A stretch of 64,000 nucleotides of DNA from Mytilus californianus (taxonomy: Eukaryota). Below, piece by piece: positions 1 to 11,344 of the stretch. The stretch spans positions 87,048,001-87,112,000 of the forward strand of contig NW_026262734.1 in assembly GCF_021869535.1 (NCBI RefSeq), read 5' to 3'. Position 1 is the first letter of the stretch; every line of letters begins with the position of its first letter. A program made the translations under genes and the position numbers. Below the pieces are notes generated by a model. It searched no databases, was not told the DNA's origin, and worked only from the letters and a program-made list of their open reading frames with translations.

Positions 1-167
1 CAGATATTCCACATTGTCTATTTTAAAAATTCTTAGAAGAAAAGGACCATACTCGCAATATTGATATTTGTATTGAACTCTAATATATGATGGTCTATAT
101 TGGGTTTACAGAATAGAGAATAATGACCAAACAAATAAATGAATAGAGAAAAATAAGCAAAAAACAA

Positions 168-330
168 ATAAAGAATAGGGAATAATTGGCACGTTGCAAA
201 AGTATAAAGAATAACTGTGGAAAATAAAAGAATGAGGTACTATAATACTTATTACAGAAATGGAGGATGTACAGAATAAAAATATCATATAATTACAGAC
301 ACATTTAAAAGTAAAGTAATTTTCATGAGA
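168..330. repeat. Near-identical dispersed duplicate of 10508-10660
   Basis: TAGGGAA(T/C)AATTGGCACG...AAAGTAATTTTCATGA at both sites; explains the twin ORFs 106..288 and 10507..10707. Confidence 0.85.
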
Positions 331-624
331 ATTCTACAAAATAAGCGTTATTTTTAAAGGTAAAGAAAAATGGCCCCAAAAATTAAAGAATACAGAAATG
401 AAGGACCTCCATCCAGATCCTCATATATCGTTAACGATCTCCTGTATTTGGCGATCGCAATACTGGTATACCAGAATTGTCTAAGATATTGTTTACAATA
501 CTTGAATATAATTTTATTCCAGTATTGTAAAATATCTTTTAAAAAAGACTATAATACTGGTATACCAGTATTGTACACAATAACGTATTTTCTAGATCTG
601 GGAAATATGACATGTTTATATAAA

Positions 625-1232
625 AAAAAGAAGATGTGGTATGATTGCCAATGAGACAACTCTCCACAAGAGACCAAATGACACAGAAATTAAAAACTCT
701 AGGTCACCGTACGGCCTCCAAAAATGAGCTATAAAAGGTCCCGAAATGACAAATGTAAAACAATTCAAACGAGAAAACTAACAAATTTATGATCAAAATA
801 ATGAACGAAAAACAAATATGACATACAGCAACAAACGACAACTACTGAATCACAGGCTCCTGACTTGGAACAGGCACATACATAATGTGGCGGGGTTTAA
901 CATGTTTGGCGGGCGCCCAACTCTCCCCCTAACTTGGGAAAGTGGTGTAACAGTGCAACAAATGAACAAACTATAAAATTCAGTTGAAAAGGGCTGAACT
1001 TATTAAGCGCTTCGGACGCATGAAATTATTAAACGTGTTGTTTTCTATTTTATCAGATAGATACAAAGCAAAATCAAGTAACAAAAACACATAATGGACG
1101 TGGCAGGGTACTTATACATCCCCACAACAAAACGACACTAAATACAGGTCTGAGAGTACTCGTAGTTACTGACAGCTAGTTCAAAGCCAATAACAACTAA
1201 TTTAAAAAATCATGCATGTAAGACCCAAATGA
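625..1232 (+). mobile_element. Abundant non-coding interspersed repeat family 1; copies at about 14838-14962 (+), 22163-22447 (-), 23935-24316 (-), 28668-28995 (+), 33270-33750 (+), 46657-46905 (+), 49362-49890 (+), 54500-54960 (mixed), 55680-56070 (+)
   Basis: AAGAAGATGTGGTATGATTGCCAATGAGACAACTCTCC... recurs many times on both strands; class cannot be assigned from the sequence alone. Confidence 0.8.
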
Positions 1233-1483
1233 TGTTTTAAGCTTCTTTTTACACAGAATATTTTAGATATATATTTGTTATTTTATTGTTTTACTGCTAA
1301 ATATATACATTTTATTTTTATAAATATTGAATCATTTTCAGGGGATAAACAATCAAATTTCTACCTTTTATCCAATAATTCTATATAGGCAGAATACAAG
1401 TTCTTCACATTTTAAGATACTTTTATTATTTCCTCTATTTGTTTGAAACAATCTATAGTTTGAAAAAAATGCATTTGATATTC

Positions 1484-2030
1484 GGTGCATTACATTTGCG
1501 CGCATTACCTTTACATTTGCGCGCAAAAATCATTACGCTTGCGCGCAGATTTCGATTACATTTACGAGCATTCTTTTACAGGTAAACTCAGGTAAATACA
1601 GGTAGATAAAACATATTTATTTATCTAACTATTTTTTTCGAGCAGGTTAAGTCCGTTTTAGTATGTACAAGCACTTAGTCCTGAAAATATACAGTCAGAT
1701 AAAAATGTAAAACAAAGCAAAGCTTCAAGTAAACACAAAATACAAAAATACATGGATGTGCTGAATAAAATTGCTCGTTGAAGTGCAATTACTAGATTTC
1801 TCACAATCACTTTATTTTTTTTTTTTTAATTCAATATGAATAATATATAATACAAATTTACAAATATGTTCAAAATTCATAAGAACTATTATTATTAGTA
1901 GTAATATTTATAATAAATAATCTTTATTTTTATCTGTGTTACCTGTACAATGAATGCGCGCAAATGTAAACAAAAGCTGCGCGCAAACGTAAAAATTTTA
2001 ATCCCCAAATGCGCGCAAATGTAATGCGCC
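1484..2030. mobile_element. MITE with terminal inverted repeats
   Basis: Left GGTGCATTACATTTGCGCGCA, right TGCGCGCAAATGTAATGCGCC, several subterminal GCGCGCA motifs in mirror orientation. Confidence 0.7.
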
Positions 2031-2592
2031 CTTGATATAAGGGTAGTGTTGAGTAAATTGTAAAATTTAATTACTTTCCAATCATATTGCTAAATAAACA
2101 CCCTAAGGGGACATGTCACCCACTTTTCTAAGATAAAAAGGCTTATTATTGTCATGTATATAAAATGTATTATAATCTGAACAATTACTTTGTTAATAAG
2201 TGATATGTGTGTAAGTATTCTGAAATTGTAAACACTTTTTAGCAATGAGAAAAAAAATTAAATAGTCATTTTCATTACAAATAACTCAATAAATTATATG
2301 CTATGAATCGTAGAAAGAAGGAACAACCAGAAAATACTGACAAAAATAAAAAGTCCATTCTAACTGTTTATAAGTATGGTCCTCTTAAGACACAGACCAC
2401 TGAAGATTTGAGACTGCCTTTGATGACAATTGCTCTTTATCATCATTTAAACATATAATTTGATCACTATTTTCAATTCATTTAGTACTGTACAATATTA
2501 TTCATCAATATCATGAGTATCAAATTTAATGCTGATAAATGTCCATTTTCATAACATCAATTATTATCATGATTTTAAGTTCTTGAAACACT

Positions 2593-2764
2593 TCATGTCA
2601 TATCATTCGACAAGGGCATCTGGTTAAATTGTCATGTCATATCATTCGATAAGGTAATCTTGTTAAATTGTCATGTCATATCATTCGATAAGGTAATCTG
2701 GTTAAATTGTCATGTCATATCATTCGATAAGGTAATCTGGTTAAATTGTCATGTCATATCATAT
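2593..2764. repeat. 39-bp minisatellite, about 4.4 copies
   Basis: GTCATGTCATATCATTCGATAAGGTAATCTGGTTAAATT in tandem. Confidence 0.9.
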
Positions 2765-3198
2765 TCCATTCATTATATTCTGCTAATTGAAATTAAAAAA
2801 AAATATTTAACTAAATGTTGTTTTTATAACCTCGAAACTCAGTCTGGTACAATACTGGAATACAACATGTACAATACTGGTAAACAATTGTATTCCAGTA
2901 TTGTAGACAATACTAGTATACCAATATTGCAATCGCCAAGTACAGGAGATCATAATTGAGATGAAGAGTAGCAATCAAAGAGCGGTTTCCTTGCTTTTTT
3001 GTGTGTTTTTTGTTGTGCATGTTCTGATTTTGTGTCGTGGATGGATACCCAATATCCTTTGTTTTTCTATTTTTCTATTAAGAAATCTGAAAAAAAAATT
3101 CAAAATGAAAACAAAGCACCGATAATACATTTTAAATGAATAAACTGAGACATACAAGGCTGGTTCTCTCCCTTGCAACATACGGGTATCTGAGGAAG

Positions 3199-3858
3199 AC
3201 AGGTTACACGTGTAGGTGTCCCTAGCAAAGAGCAATTCACACCAGAAACCGCAGCTTGAAAACAGGTTGCAAGTGTGGGTGTCCCTAGCTAAGAGCAAAT
3301 TGCACCAGAAACCGCAGCTTGAAAACAGGTTGCACGTGTAAGTGTCCCTAGCTAAGAGCAATTGACACCATAGATCGCAGCTTGAAAAACAGGTTGCACG
3401 TGTAGGTATCCCAAGCTAAGAGCAATTCACACCAGAGATCGCAGCTTGAAAACAGGTTACACGTGTAGGTGTCCATAACTAAAAGCAATTCAAACCAGAG
3501 ATCGCAGCTTGAAAACAGGTTGCACGTGTAAGTGTCCCTAGCTAAGAGCAATTCACACCAGAGATCGCAGCTTGAAAACAGGTTGCACGTGTAGGTATCC
3601 CAAGCTTAGAGCAATTCACACCAGAGATCGCAGCTTGAAAACAGGTTACACGTGTGAATGTCACTAGCTAAGAGCAATTCACACCAGAGATCGCAGCTTC
3701 AAAACAGATTGCACGTGAAGGTATCCCTAGCTAAGAGCAATTCACACCAGAGATCGCAGCTTGAAAACAGGTTGCACGTGAAGGTGTCCCTAGCTAAGAG
3801 CAATTCACACCAGAGACCACAGCTTGAAAACAGTTTGCACGTGTAGGTGTCCCTAGCT
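3199..3858. repeat. 63-bp minisatellite, about 10.5 copies
   Basis: CACGTGTAGGTGTCCCTAGCTAAGAGCAATTCACACCAGAGATCGCAGCTTGAAAACAGGTTG in tandem, one 1-bp insertion near 3385. Confidence 0.95.
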
Positions 3859-4852
3859 CAAGATATCGTTATATATTTTCCAAAAAGACTACTAAAATTT
3901 TCATTTTGAAAAACAAATAAAAAAAATAACATTCTTTACATTCATGTAATAGGTCCAAACTACACGAATACAAATATCTATTTGTTTTAAAGATGAATTT
4001 GATACTTTTTATATTTGGAGCGTTTGCAATAATTTTCTGGATTTATCTTCCTCAGAAACGCTCAAACTGTAACATTTGAATCGAAATGGACGTGTATTCA
4101 CTTGATGAGTTATATGACCAAATATGGACAATAAAAAATAGCCTAAACTACCTAAGGTCAAATTTGCCCGAGGGAGTTCGAACCTTAGTAGTTTTCTTTT
4201 TTTTTTATAATTTCTAAACATACCAAAATAAAAGGTATGCTATAAATCAAGTCAGTTCCGAAGTAGACTTATTTTAATAAAAAAAATTGATTCATATCTT
4301 GGCAACTTTTTGGCTCTTAGACACACGATACAGGTGACTAACGTAGTGGCTGTAAGGTTGCTAGCATGAGTCTGTTCCATTTATTTTTTTGATATGGTAG
4401 GTCTAATGACAGTTCTTTTACTTCTAAAAGACCTACCATAAAAACTAATTTAAACTTAATTCACGCATGGTTCATATATTATTTTACTCAACTCAAAATG
4501 ATAAATTAAAATGAAATGAAATACACAAAAGGACAAACATTAGACAATAAAGAAACATAAATCTTGACGAGGTTCTTAATTTATAACAGGCACATGCATG
4601 CAAGAAAACTAGTTTCTAAAATTAAAATGTCAACATTAAATGTCGTACCACAGAGATATTTACACATCTTTGCACGGAAATACTTATTAGGATTAGGCCT
4701 TCGACTCCTCCCCTCCCTTTCTAATATTTTCTGTGATATCGATAACCTCAATATTCCCTTTTAGTTTATTTTCCTTTATTTGGTGTGTTCTTGCAACTGT
4801 AAATATTACATTAACAAAGTTCATATGTGCCATCCTCTACCTTTATTTTTAT

Positions 4853-5200
4853 GGGCGCAGGACGTTTGCGGTTTCTTACCTGTAACACGAAAGAACATTT
4901 GCGGTCCAACACTATGGACTTTTGCGCTTTGCACTTTGATACACCTGGACGAAATTGACCGGACATTTGTGCTTTTTACCTATGACAGTTTACCTGTAAT
5001 CTAAACAAAATTTACTAAAGTCATGGAAAGACGTTCACATATTCTTTGAAATTTCTCCCGTACAAAAGTAAAACTCAGACAAAAATGTATTCGGGTAAAC
5101 GATACAGAAAACGAAATTTATATGAATGGAACATTTAAATTTTGCCCTAAATTCTTTAACAGCTTTATACAATACGTGGATTTAAAAATACCTTTAAAAC
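4853..5200 (+). mobile_element. Mutator/MULE transposase fossil with subterminal repeats
   Basis: 5101-5190 reads EIYMNGTFKFCPKFF/QLYTIRGFKN (MULE DGTF..P..F.QLYTIH motif, catalytic D to N, frameshift); GGACNTTTGCG-like repeats at 4860-4975. Confidence 0.65.
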
Positions 5201-5464
5201 TGAAACTATATTATCTCAAATTCATGGCATGGAACATTAAATACATGGCGGGGTTGATACTATTTGTGACAAGAACTGATGGTGTAATAGGACAAGACTG
5301 AAAATAAAAACTATATAAGAATGGAAAGTCATATAGTGCTCACATGATCATTTGGCAAGATTAGTTCATCTTTTTTGTAAAATATGCACTACGAACAACA
5401 AACCCGAATTATCCAAAATTATGTTGTTTTATTACACAATTACAGAGTTGACTATTGTGTACCT

Positions 5465-5691
5465 TTATTGGGGACATATGCAGTGATGGTGTGCTACATG
5501 AGGTTCACAAGGACACCCTACTGGACACGCTATCGTAGCATTATCTGGATGGCATTCAATTGGAATTTCGCAGAAACAGCAATTTGCAATTGGATTGTAA
5601 TAGTGACAGAGGGAATTTTCACCAACATGCTGACAAGTTCTGGTGCAGTCATCAGACTCTAAGTCGCACGGAATGCAACTAAGTGCAATGC
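5465..5691 (-). CDS. Exon 2 of a small secreted 14-Cys peptide (possibly a splice-defective allele or pseudogene)
   Basis: IALS-CIPCDLESDDCTRTCQHVGENSLCHYYNPIANCCFCEIPIECHPDNATIACPVGCPCEPHVAHHHCICPQ-TAA; polypyrimidine tract upstream but the in-phase acceptor reads TTTTACAA|GC, not CAG|GC; AATAAA at 5433-5428. Confidence 0.7.
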
Positions 5692-5875
5692 TTGTAAAAT
5701 GCAAAAAAAGGTATCGATGACATTGCTATCAGATATGAATCTAGACCATTGTTGGTATTTTAAAAAGAGATAGAATAGAATATTGTTTGGACGTTAGTTA
5801 TATTTTAAAAGAGGATTATAATTTAAATTTTTCCGTTCGAGTTTTTTGATGAACAAAAAGTTGCATTTGCTACAG

Positions 5876-6110
5876 GGGCCTCGGTGGTCAAATGGTCCAA
5901 GTAGTTCAACTACTATATCACTAGCCTGTCAACACTGAGGTTGTGAGTTCGAATCCCGCACGAGGCATGTGCGTCCGACTCCAATCCTAATTGACTAGGA
6001 TTGTCAGTTTTTCCTGTCGAATGTCGATGGTTCTCTCCAGCCCTCCGGCTCCTCCTCCAATAAAATCTGACCGCTACGAAATATCACAATAGTGGCGTTA
6101 AGCAATACAT
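5876..6110 (+). mobile_element. tRNA-derived SINE
   Basis: 5' GGGGCCTCGGTGGTCAAATGG (A box), GTTCGAATCCC (B box), body and AT-rich tail; reverse-strand fragment at about 16590-16640. Confidence 0.7.
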
Positions 6111-6429
6111 AAAGCAAATAAGCAATTAATTGATATAGATACGATACGAATTAGAATGTATATCCCCTAAACAACAACCCAACCACAATCAATGTATAGA
6201 CAATATGTCAAGATGTACATCGTTTGTTATAGACTTTTAAATAATATAAACAAATAGCAACATTTATTTATTTAAATAACAAAGCAAAACTATATGACAT
6301 AAGACAATTCAATCAATGACGATGATCCTGATTAGGACAGGTAATTGTTCAATAGACATTATAACATACAACACAATTGTGAAGGAAAATTCCTTGACTC
6401 TTAGATAACAGTATTAGTCATAAAAATGA

Positions 6430-6830
6430 ACAGTGTTGTCTTCAAATTTATCCGTAGTAAAACATCCTCAGAGATATTAAAGCAATATTAATACCTCAAC
6501 GTTCTTCATCATGTACCTATGACATTTTCCCTTCTAGATTGAAATGGAATAAATGAAAAAGAAACTGGATCACATTTCCCCTTATGAGTTTTCATGGTCG
6601 TGTATATTCAACATAGTAAGATAATAGTATTAGTGATAAAAAAAAATAGTGTTGTCTTCAAATTTATCCGTAGTAAATATCCTCAAAGATATTAAAGCAA
6701 AATCAACACCTCAAAGTTCTTCATCATGTACCTGTGACATTTTGTCTTCTAGATTGAAATGGAATAAATGAAACAGAAACTGGATCACATTTCCCCTAAT
6801 GAGTTTTCACGGTCGTGTATATTCAACATA
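6430..6830. repeat. Tandem duplication, two units of about 218 bp, inside the Cys-peptide intron
   Basis: AGTGTTGTCTTCAAATTTATCCGTAG...GTATATTCAACATAGT occurs at about 6433-6616 and 6648-6831. Confidence 0.9.
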
Positions 6831-7182
6831 GTTTTCGTCGTTTCAGTTCGGATAAGTAGAGATGTTTCGATTTGTTCCGAAACTTATGTTAATGGTGCAT
6901 GAAAATTTCCCTAGACAGTGTATTCTCTTCATTGAATATATCATGTTAAAAAACAAACAATTAACACATTAGATAAAATCATTCCGCTAATTGTTAACAT
7001 TTGTTTTCAAAATAAAAGTTTTTTAATTGTGTTGGATCTGACATGTACAAACATCAATATAAATGTTTTGCCATAAAAACGTACAGAAAGAAATGGTCTC
7101 CCAATATATCTAGACATATGCAATTAATATATAAATTGTACAATCAGGATTGATTTAACAAATACTGTCAATATTAACTTAC

Positions 7183-7225
7183 CATACAGACAGAGACATA
7201 TCACTCCAACAACAAAGGCTTTCAT
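7183..7225 (-). CDS. Exon 1 (signal peptide) of a small secreted Cys-rich peptide gene
   Basis: ATG AAA GCC...TAT G|GTAAGT = MKAFVVGVICLCLY + G; consensus donor, phase 1; TATA box 48 nt upstream. Confidence 0.7.
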
Positions 7226-7272
7226 ATTTAATGTTAATAAGATTTGTTTGTTTTGTTGCAACTTTTATTGTG

Positions 7273-7280
7273 TATTTATA
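7273..7280 (-). promoter_or_regulatory. Candidate TATA box of the Cys-rich peptide gene
   Basis: TATAAATA on the - strand, 48 nt upstream of the ATG at 7225. Confidence 0.5.
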
Positions 7281-8129
7281 CCAAATTATACATGGTTGCT
7301 TTTCAACGTAAGATGACAAATCGTCAAAGATCGATATAATTTTTACATAAATTCAATTCAAAAGCAATACATAGTTGTCGGGCATCAATCGTGACCAGGA
7401 TCTTCTGTAAAATCTATCGGTCCAACACAATTAATATTGCATGATGTTATGTAATCTTAACCACACATATAAAATGACGACATTTTTGAACAGTTATTTC
7501 CGTTTCGTAGAAACAAGTATCCGTTTTGTATGAACAATAAATAAACACTTCCCAAATAAGCCCAAGACGAGAAGGTAAAATTGACAATTTGACAGTCACC
7601 TTTAGAAATAATACATATATTATGAATTTGAGGTAGACGTGGTCAGAATATCACAATGATTTTTTTACGTATAATATGGAAAACTGATACAGACACTCAG
7701 CAATGCAGCATTTGGACGAGCCTTTTCTACCTAAATGTAGAACAATATTATTATTTTTTTTGTAACGATTAAGAGAAAACAATCTACACTATTTCGTCAT
7801 GTGTATTTGGGTGTAAGGTATGAGAAGTTTGTATCATAGCAGACAATTAAAGGCAGATACATTTCCGTTTTATATTTTTACTACAAAAATATTTATATTT
7901 TGTCATATTGAAGCATTTATAGAATCATATGCACGCTTACCTCATTTGTAATCAAATAATGGCATTTCACACTTATTCATATGTGTTAATTTTGATTGAT
8001 TGATATATAAACAACCGGTATTCAAATGGGTGCATCATTACGAGCCTACTTCTTTGGTACTCAAATGAAGCATAAGTCATACATAACCTTTTATAAGACA
8101 AATAAGAAAAGCATTGTCTTCCCAGTTAA

Positions 8130-8350
8130 CTAGAGATTAGGTATCTCTCTAAATTTCGACGTCTGCTACATACCCTTTAGCCAACTATATGACGTTGACA
8201 TATCTCAATTTGTACGTTACATTCGCGCAGCTTCACATTATGCGAAGGTCATTTACATGGGTGTGCTAAAACAAAAACTGCTCCAACAGAGTTTCTAAGT
8301 AACATTACATGCATTTTCCTTTTACCATCATAAATTGGTTTACGATCTTA
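8130..8350 (+). mobile_element. Older RT C-terminal remnant of the same retroelement clade
   Basis: Translates to YDVDISQFVRYIRAASHY..LKQKLLQQSF, a decayed match to the YGVYISQL.RY.RAC motif at 12701. Confidence 0.55.
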
Positions 8351-8992
8351 TCTGTCTTTTCAAACCAAATTTTCATTCTTTAAGATTATCCTTTTCTATA
8401 AATGTTCTTCTCGACGACAAGTTGCAAATATGTCAGGTTCATTCTCACGAAAACAAATTAACAACAAGTCTATTGAAAATGTTTTTTTCAAAAAGGGCTA
8501 CCAATTAAGGCACGACTACCGAAAAAACGGAAATAGGGATAAAATTTTATACTTTTTACTTTCAAAGGCTAATAATGGAAAAGACCGTCTCCCTTCATGT
8601 CCGCATTTTTGAAAGTTATATCTTAATGCTGTTCATCTTTTTAATCGATTTTGCTTTCCAAATGGTTTGATTTACTACTGCTGAGTTTTGAGTAGACCAA
8701 TTGCGCGCCTGGCGTTTAAAACTATAAGCCTGGTTTCTTTCACAGTTCTTACAATTGCTTGGTCGATACTACTTGTCATGGGCGTTTCGTCGCCTAGTAT
8801 GTCACCAGTTCAATTGTCAGCATACCTGCTATAAAATGAAATATCATTGATATCTTGGTCAGTTCATGGAAAACATTTTCTGTTTATAAAACTTTAAAAT
8901 CTTTCGAAATATATATGTTTCACCAACACAACTTTTTGAATGTATGGTTGAATCAATCATCTACAACATGTTTCTTAATGCTTTCACTCTAG

Positions 8993-9034
8993 CACCACTG
9001 ATGAGTCTTGTGTAGACGAAACACGTGTCTGGCG
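8993..9034 (+). ncRNA. Minimal type I hammerhead ribozyme, intact core, one stem I mismatch
   Basis: CACCA-CTGATGA-GTCttgtgtaGAC-GAAA-CACGTG-TC-TGGCG; a degenerate second hammerhead tail lies about 310 nt upstream near 8700. Confidence 0.7.
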
Positions 9035-11344
9035 TACCTATTCAAAAGTCTTGCATCTTTGGTGTGTTTAGACGATGTACAATGTATATGGCTCTTATCA
9101 AGATTTGAATCATCTATTACGATGAAAGTTTGGTTATATGCGACCATATCTGTAAAAAAAATCTTCTTTTAAGGTAGCACAATACAAAAGCAACTAAATT
9201 TTATCAAAATTTCATTTTCGGCTGTTTTTGTTACTTCTTAATATTCAAAAACCACAGAAGAAAAAATTATTAAAATATCTTGCAGTGTTAATGAGTTTTG
9301 ATGATAATTAGTTTTATAAACGAATGCACGTGTCTGACTGATACAAGATAAGAACATGTGGGCAGTACTATGTGGTTAATCAATAGAATCATTTGATAGC
9401 TTAACAACCACTGACCAGCAATTAAAATTACAGTTATGAAAAAGAGGTGGATTGGGGATTTATGGAAAAATGAAAGATAATGAATTCCAAATAAAAATAC
9501 ATTTCTGTATTGGGGATGTCAGGAGAAAAAACAAAACAATTATTTGGAGCTAAAGAGGGAATCAAAATATAAATGTACAGATATCAAACAAATATAATTG
9601 TCCAACAATAAATGTTGCTGATGTTTATACTAGAATTTCTTGAGGATAATGTTTAAATATGAATTCTTTTTAAAAGAAAATACAAATTAAAAGTTTCATT
9701 TTCAAACTGCAAAAAATGTAAAAAATCTACTTTATGTAAAACACCATATTGTCATTGTATACAATTATAATTCTAGAAATCCCCCATAAGGATCCTCTAG
9801 ACTGACCAACTGATCATTTTGTGTACACATGCATAACTTACTTTTTGTAACAATGCAAAAACCAAAAAATGTCATTTTATGTACTAAAAGAAAATGTAAA
9901 TGCAATGTGTAATTAAACTTCTGAGATCATTAATAGTAAAGGTTTATCATGGTGGGCGGAGTTTTGACCATATCAGTAGCAACTAACTTACAGCAAGGTC
10001 AATAATGATATAACATCTCCCGCCAGATCTGATTGTTGACGCATAGGGTGTGCATTTTCTTTATATATTTAGAATTGCTGAATTGGAATGCTTTCTTACT
10101 GGTCAAAACCTAATTGATTTATGATTAAAGGCCAATCCTGAAGTATTCCCATGATACATGTGTGAATTATATTGAAGTTAAAGGGGTACAGGTAGGAAAA
10201 TCCTTATTTATTCAATTGTGACACATTCATTTTTGTCATGAAAATGTAGTTTTAAATGAAATTGGCTCCTAGATGGGTGCCTCTATACGCTTGATTTTCA
10301 CACATGTTGTTCCTTGACCATTTATCTTCAAAATGGTGTCTCAGATTACCAAAAACATCAATAGAACAAATTTTATACCCAATTTAATTTAGTGATCTCT
10401 TATGAATTGAGGTTGCAAACTTCATTGAAAGTTTATGAGAGAATGAAATACAATAGGAAAAATCTGAGACACCCTTTTGGAGGTCAAACTGTGTTGCACA
10501 AGAATCTTAGGGAACAATTGGCACGGTGCAAAAGTATAAAGAATAACTGTGGAAAATAAAAGAATGAGGTACTATAATACTTATTACAGAAATGAAGGAT
10601 GTACAGAATAAAAATATCATATAATTACATACACATTTAAAAGTAAAGTAATTTTCATGAAAATATTTTGGGATAGTATGAATAACAAAGAAGCTAATTT
10701 CATTCAAGTGTGGACATCACAATATAGCAACTAATTACATAATAATTAATTATGTAATAATCATGTCATAATGAAATAATCACCACTTGAAAGATTAATC
10801 TTTCTACTTTCGTTTGGTACCTCATTTATAAAGTTTAAAGCTGAATGAAAGAAATTAGATCAAAATCTTTGTATTGTGCTACCTTAAGTGCGTTTAATTC
10901 AAAATAAAAAATAAATTATTTATTGAAATGGTTACAAATTCTATTATTAATGAAACGATGTATCACAACATACTAAGCTTTGATATTGCCTTGACTTTTT
11001 ATTACTTCAATGTTTCAAACAATGAATATGGTCAAAAATATTTTAAATGCAGCAATGTTTGCAATTATCCAGCATTTGATGCGTAAATTACTACTTGCAT
11101 TTTGTCTAATAGCATACAGGGCATTTTTCTTTGAAGCTTAATAACCCATACCATATGGCAAACAACCACGATACAGGTAACACCATAAAGGGATGTTCCT
11201 TAGTATGAAGACACCATCCTGTTTTAAAGTCACCTTAATATTATGTTTAGTTGTATGGATTTGAAGGGAAAATTATAGGACCCATTTCTCCTGACTTTAT
11301 TTCTCACAGATGCTACGTATAGAATAAACCGTCTTTCTGTCTTA

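Larger units (their letters stand above)
436..2951. mobile_element. Possible foldback/TIR element with palindrome-rich arms (436-580 and 2840-2951) containing nested insertions
   Basis: GATCTCCTGTATTTGGCGATCGCAATACTGGTATACC at 436 is the inverted match of the sequence ending at 2951; no target-site duplication seen. Confidence 0.45.

Noticed and set aside
2660-3846. Repetitive ORFs 2660..2959, 2975..3361, 3348..3551, 3658..3846
   Set aside because: Products of the 39-bp and 63-bp tandem repeats; not called as CDS.
5384-5662. 92-aa + strand ORF
   Set aside because: Antisense shadow of the Cys-rich exon; no splice signals or recognisable motif.
5876-5965. tRNA-like sequence with A and B boxes
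   Set aside because: No complete cloverleaf and it runs into a SINE body, so it is a SINE head, not a tRNA gene.
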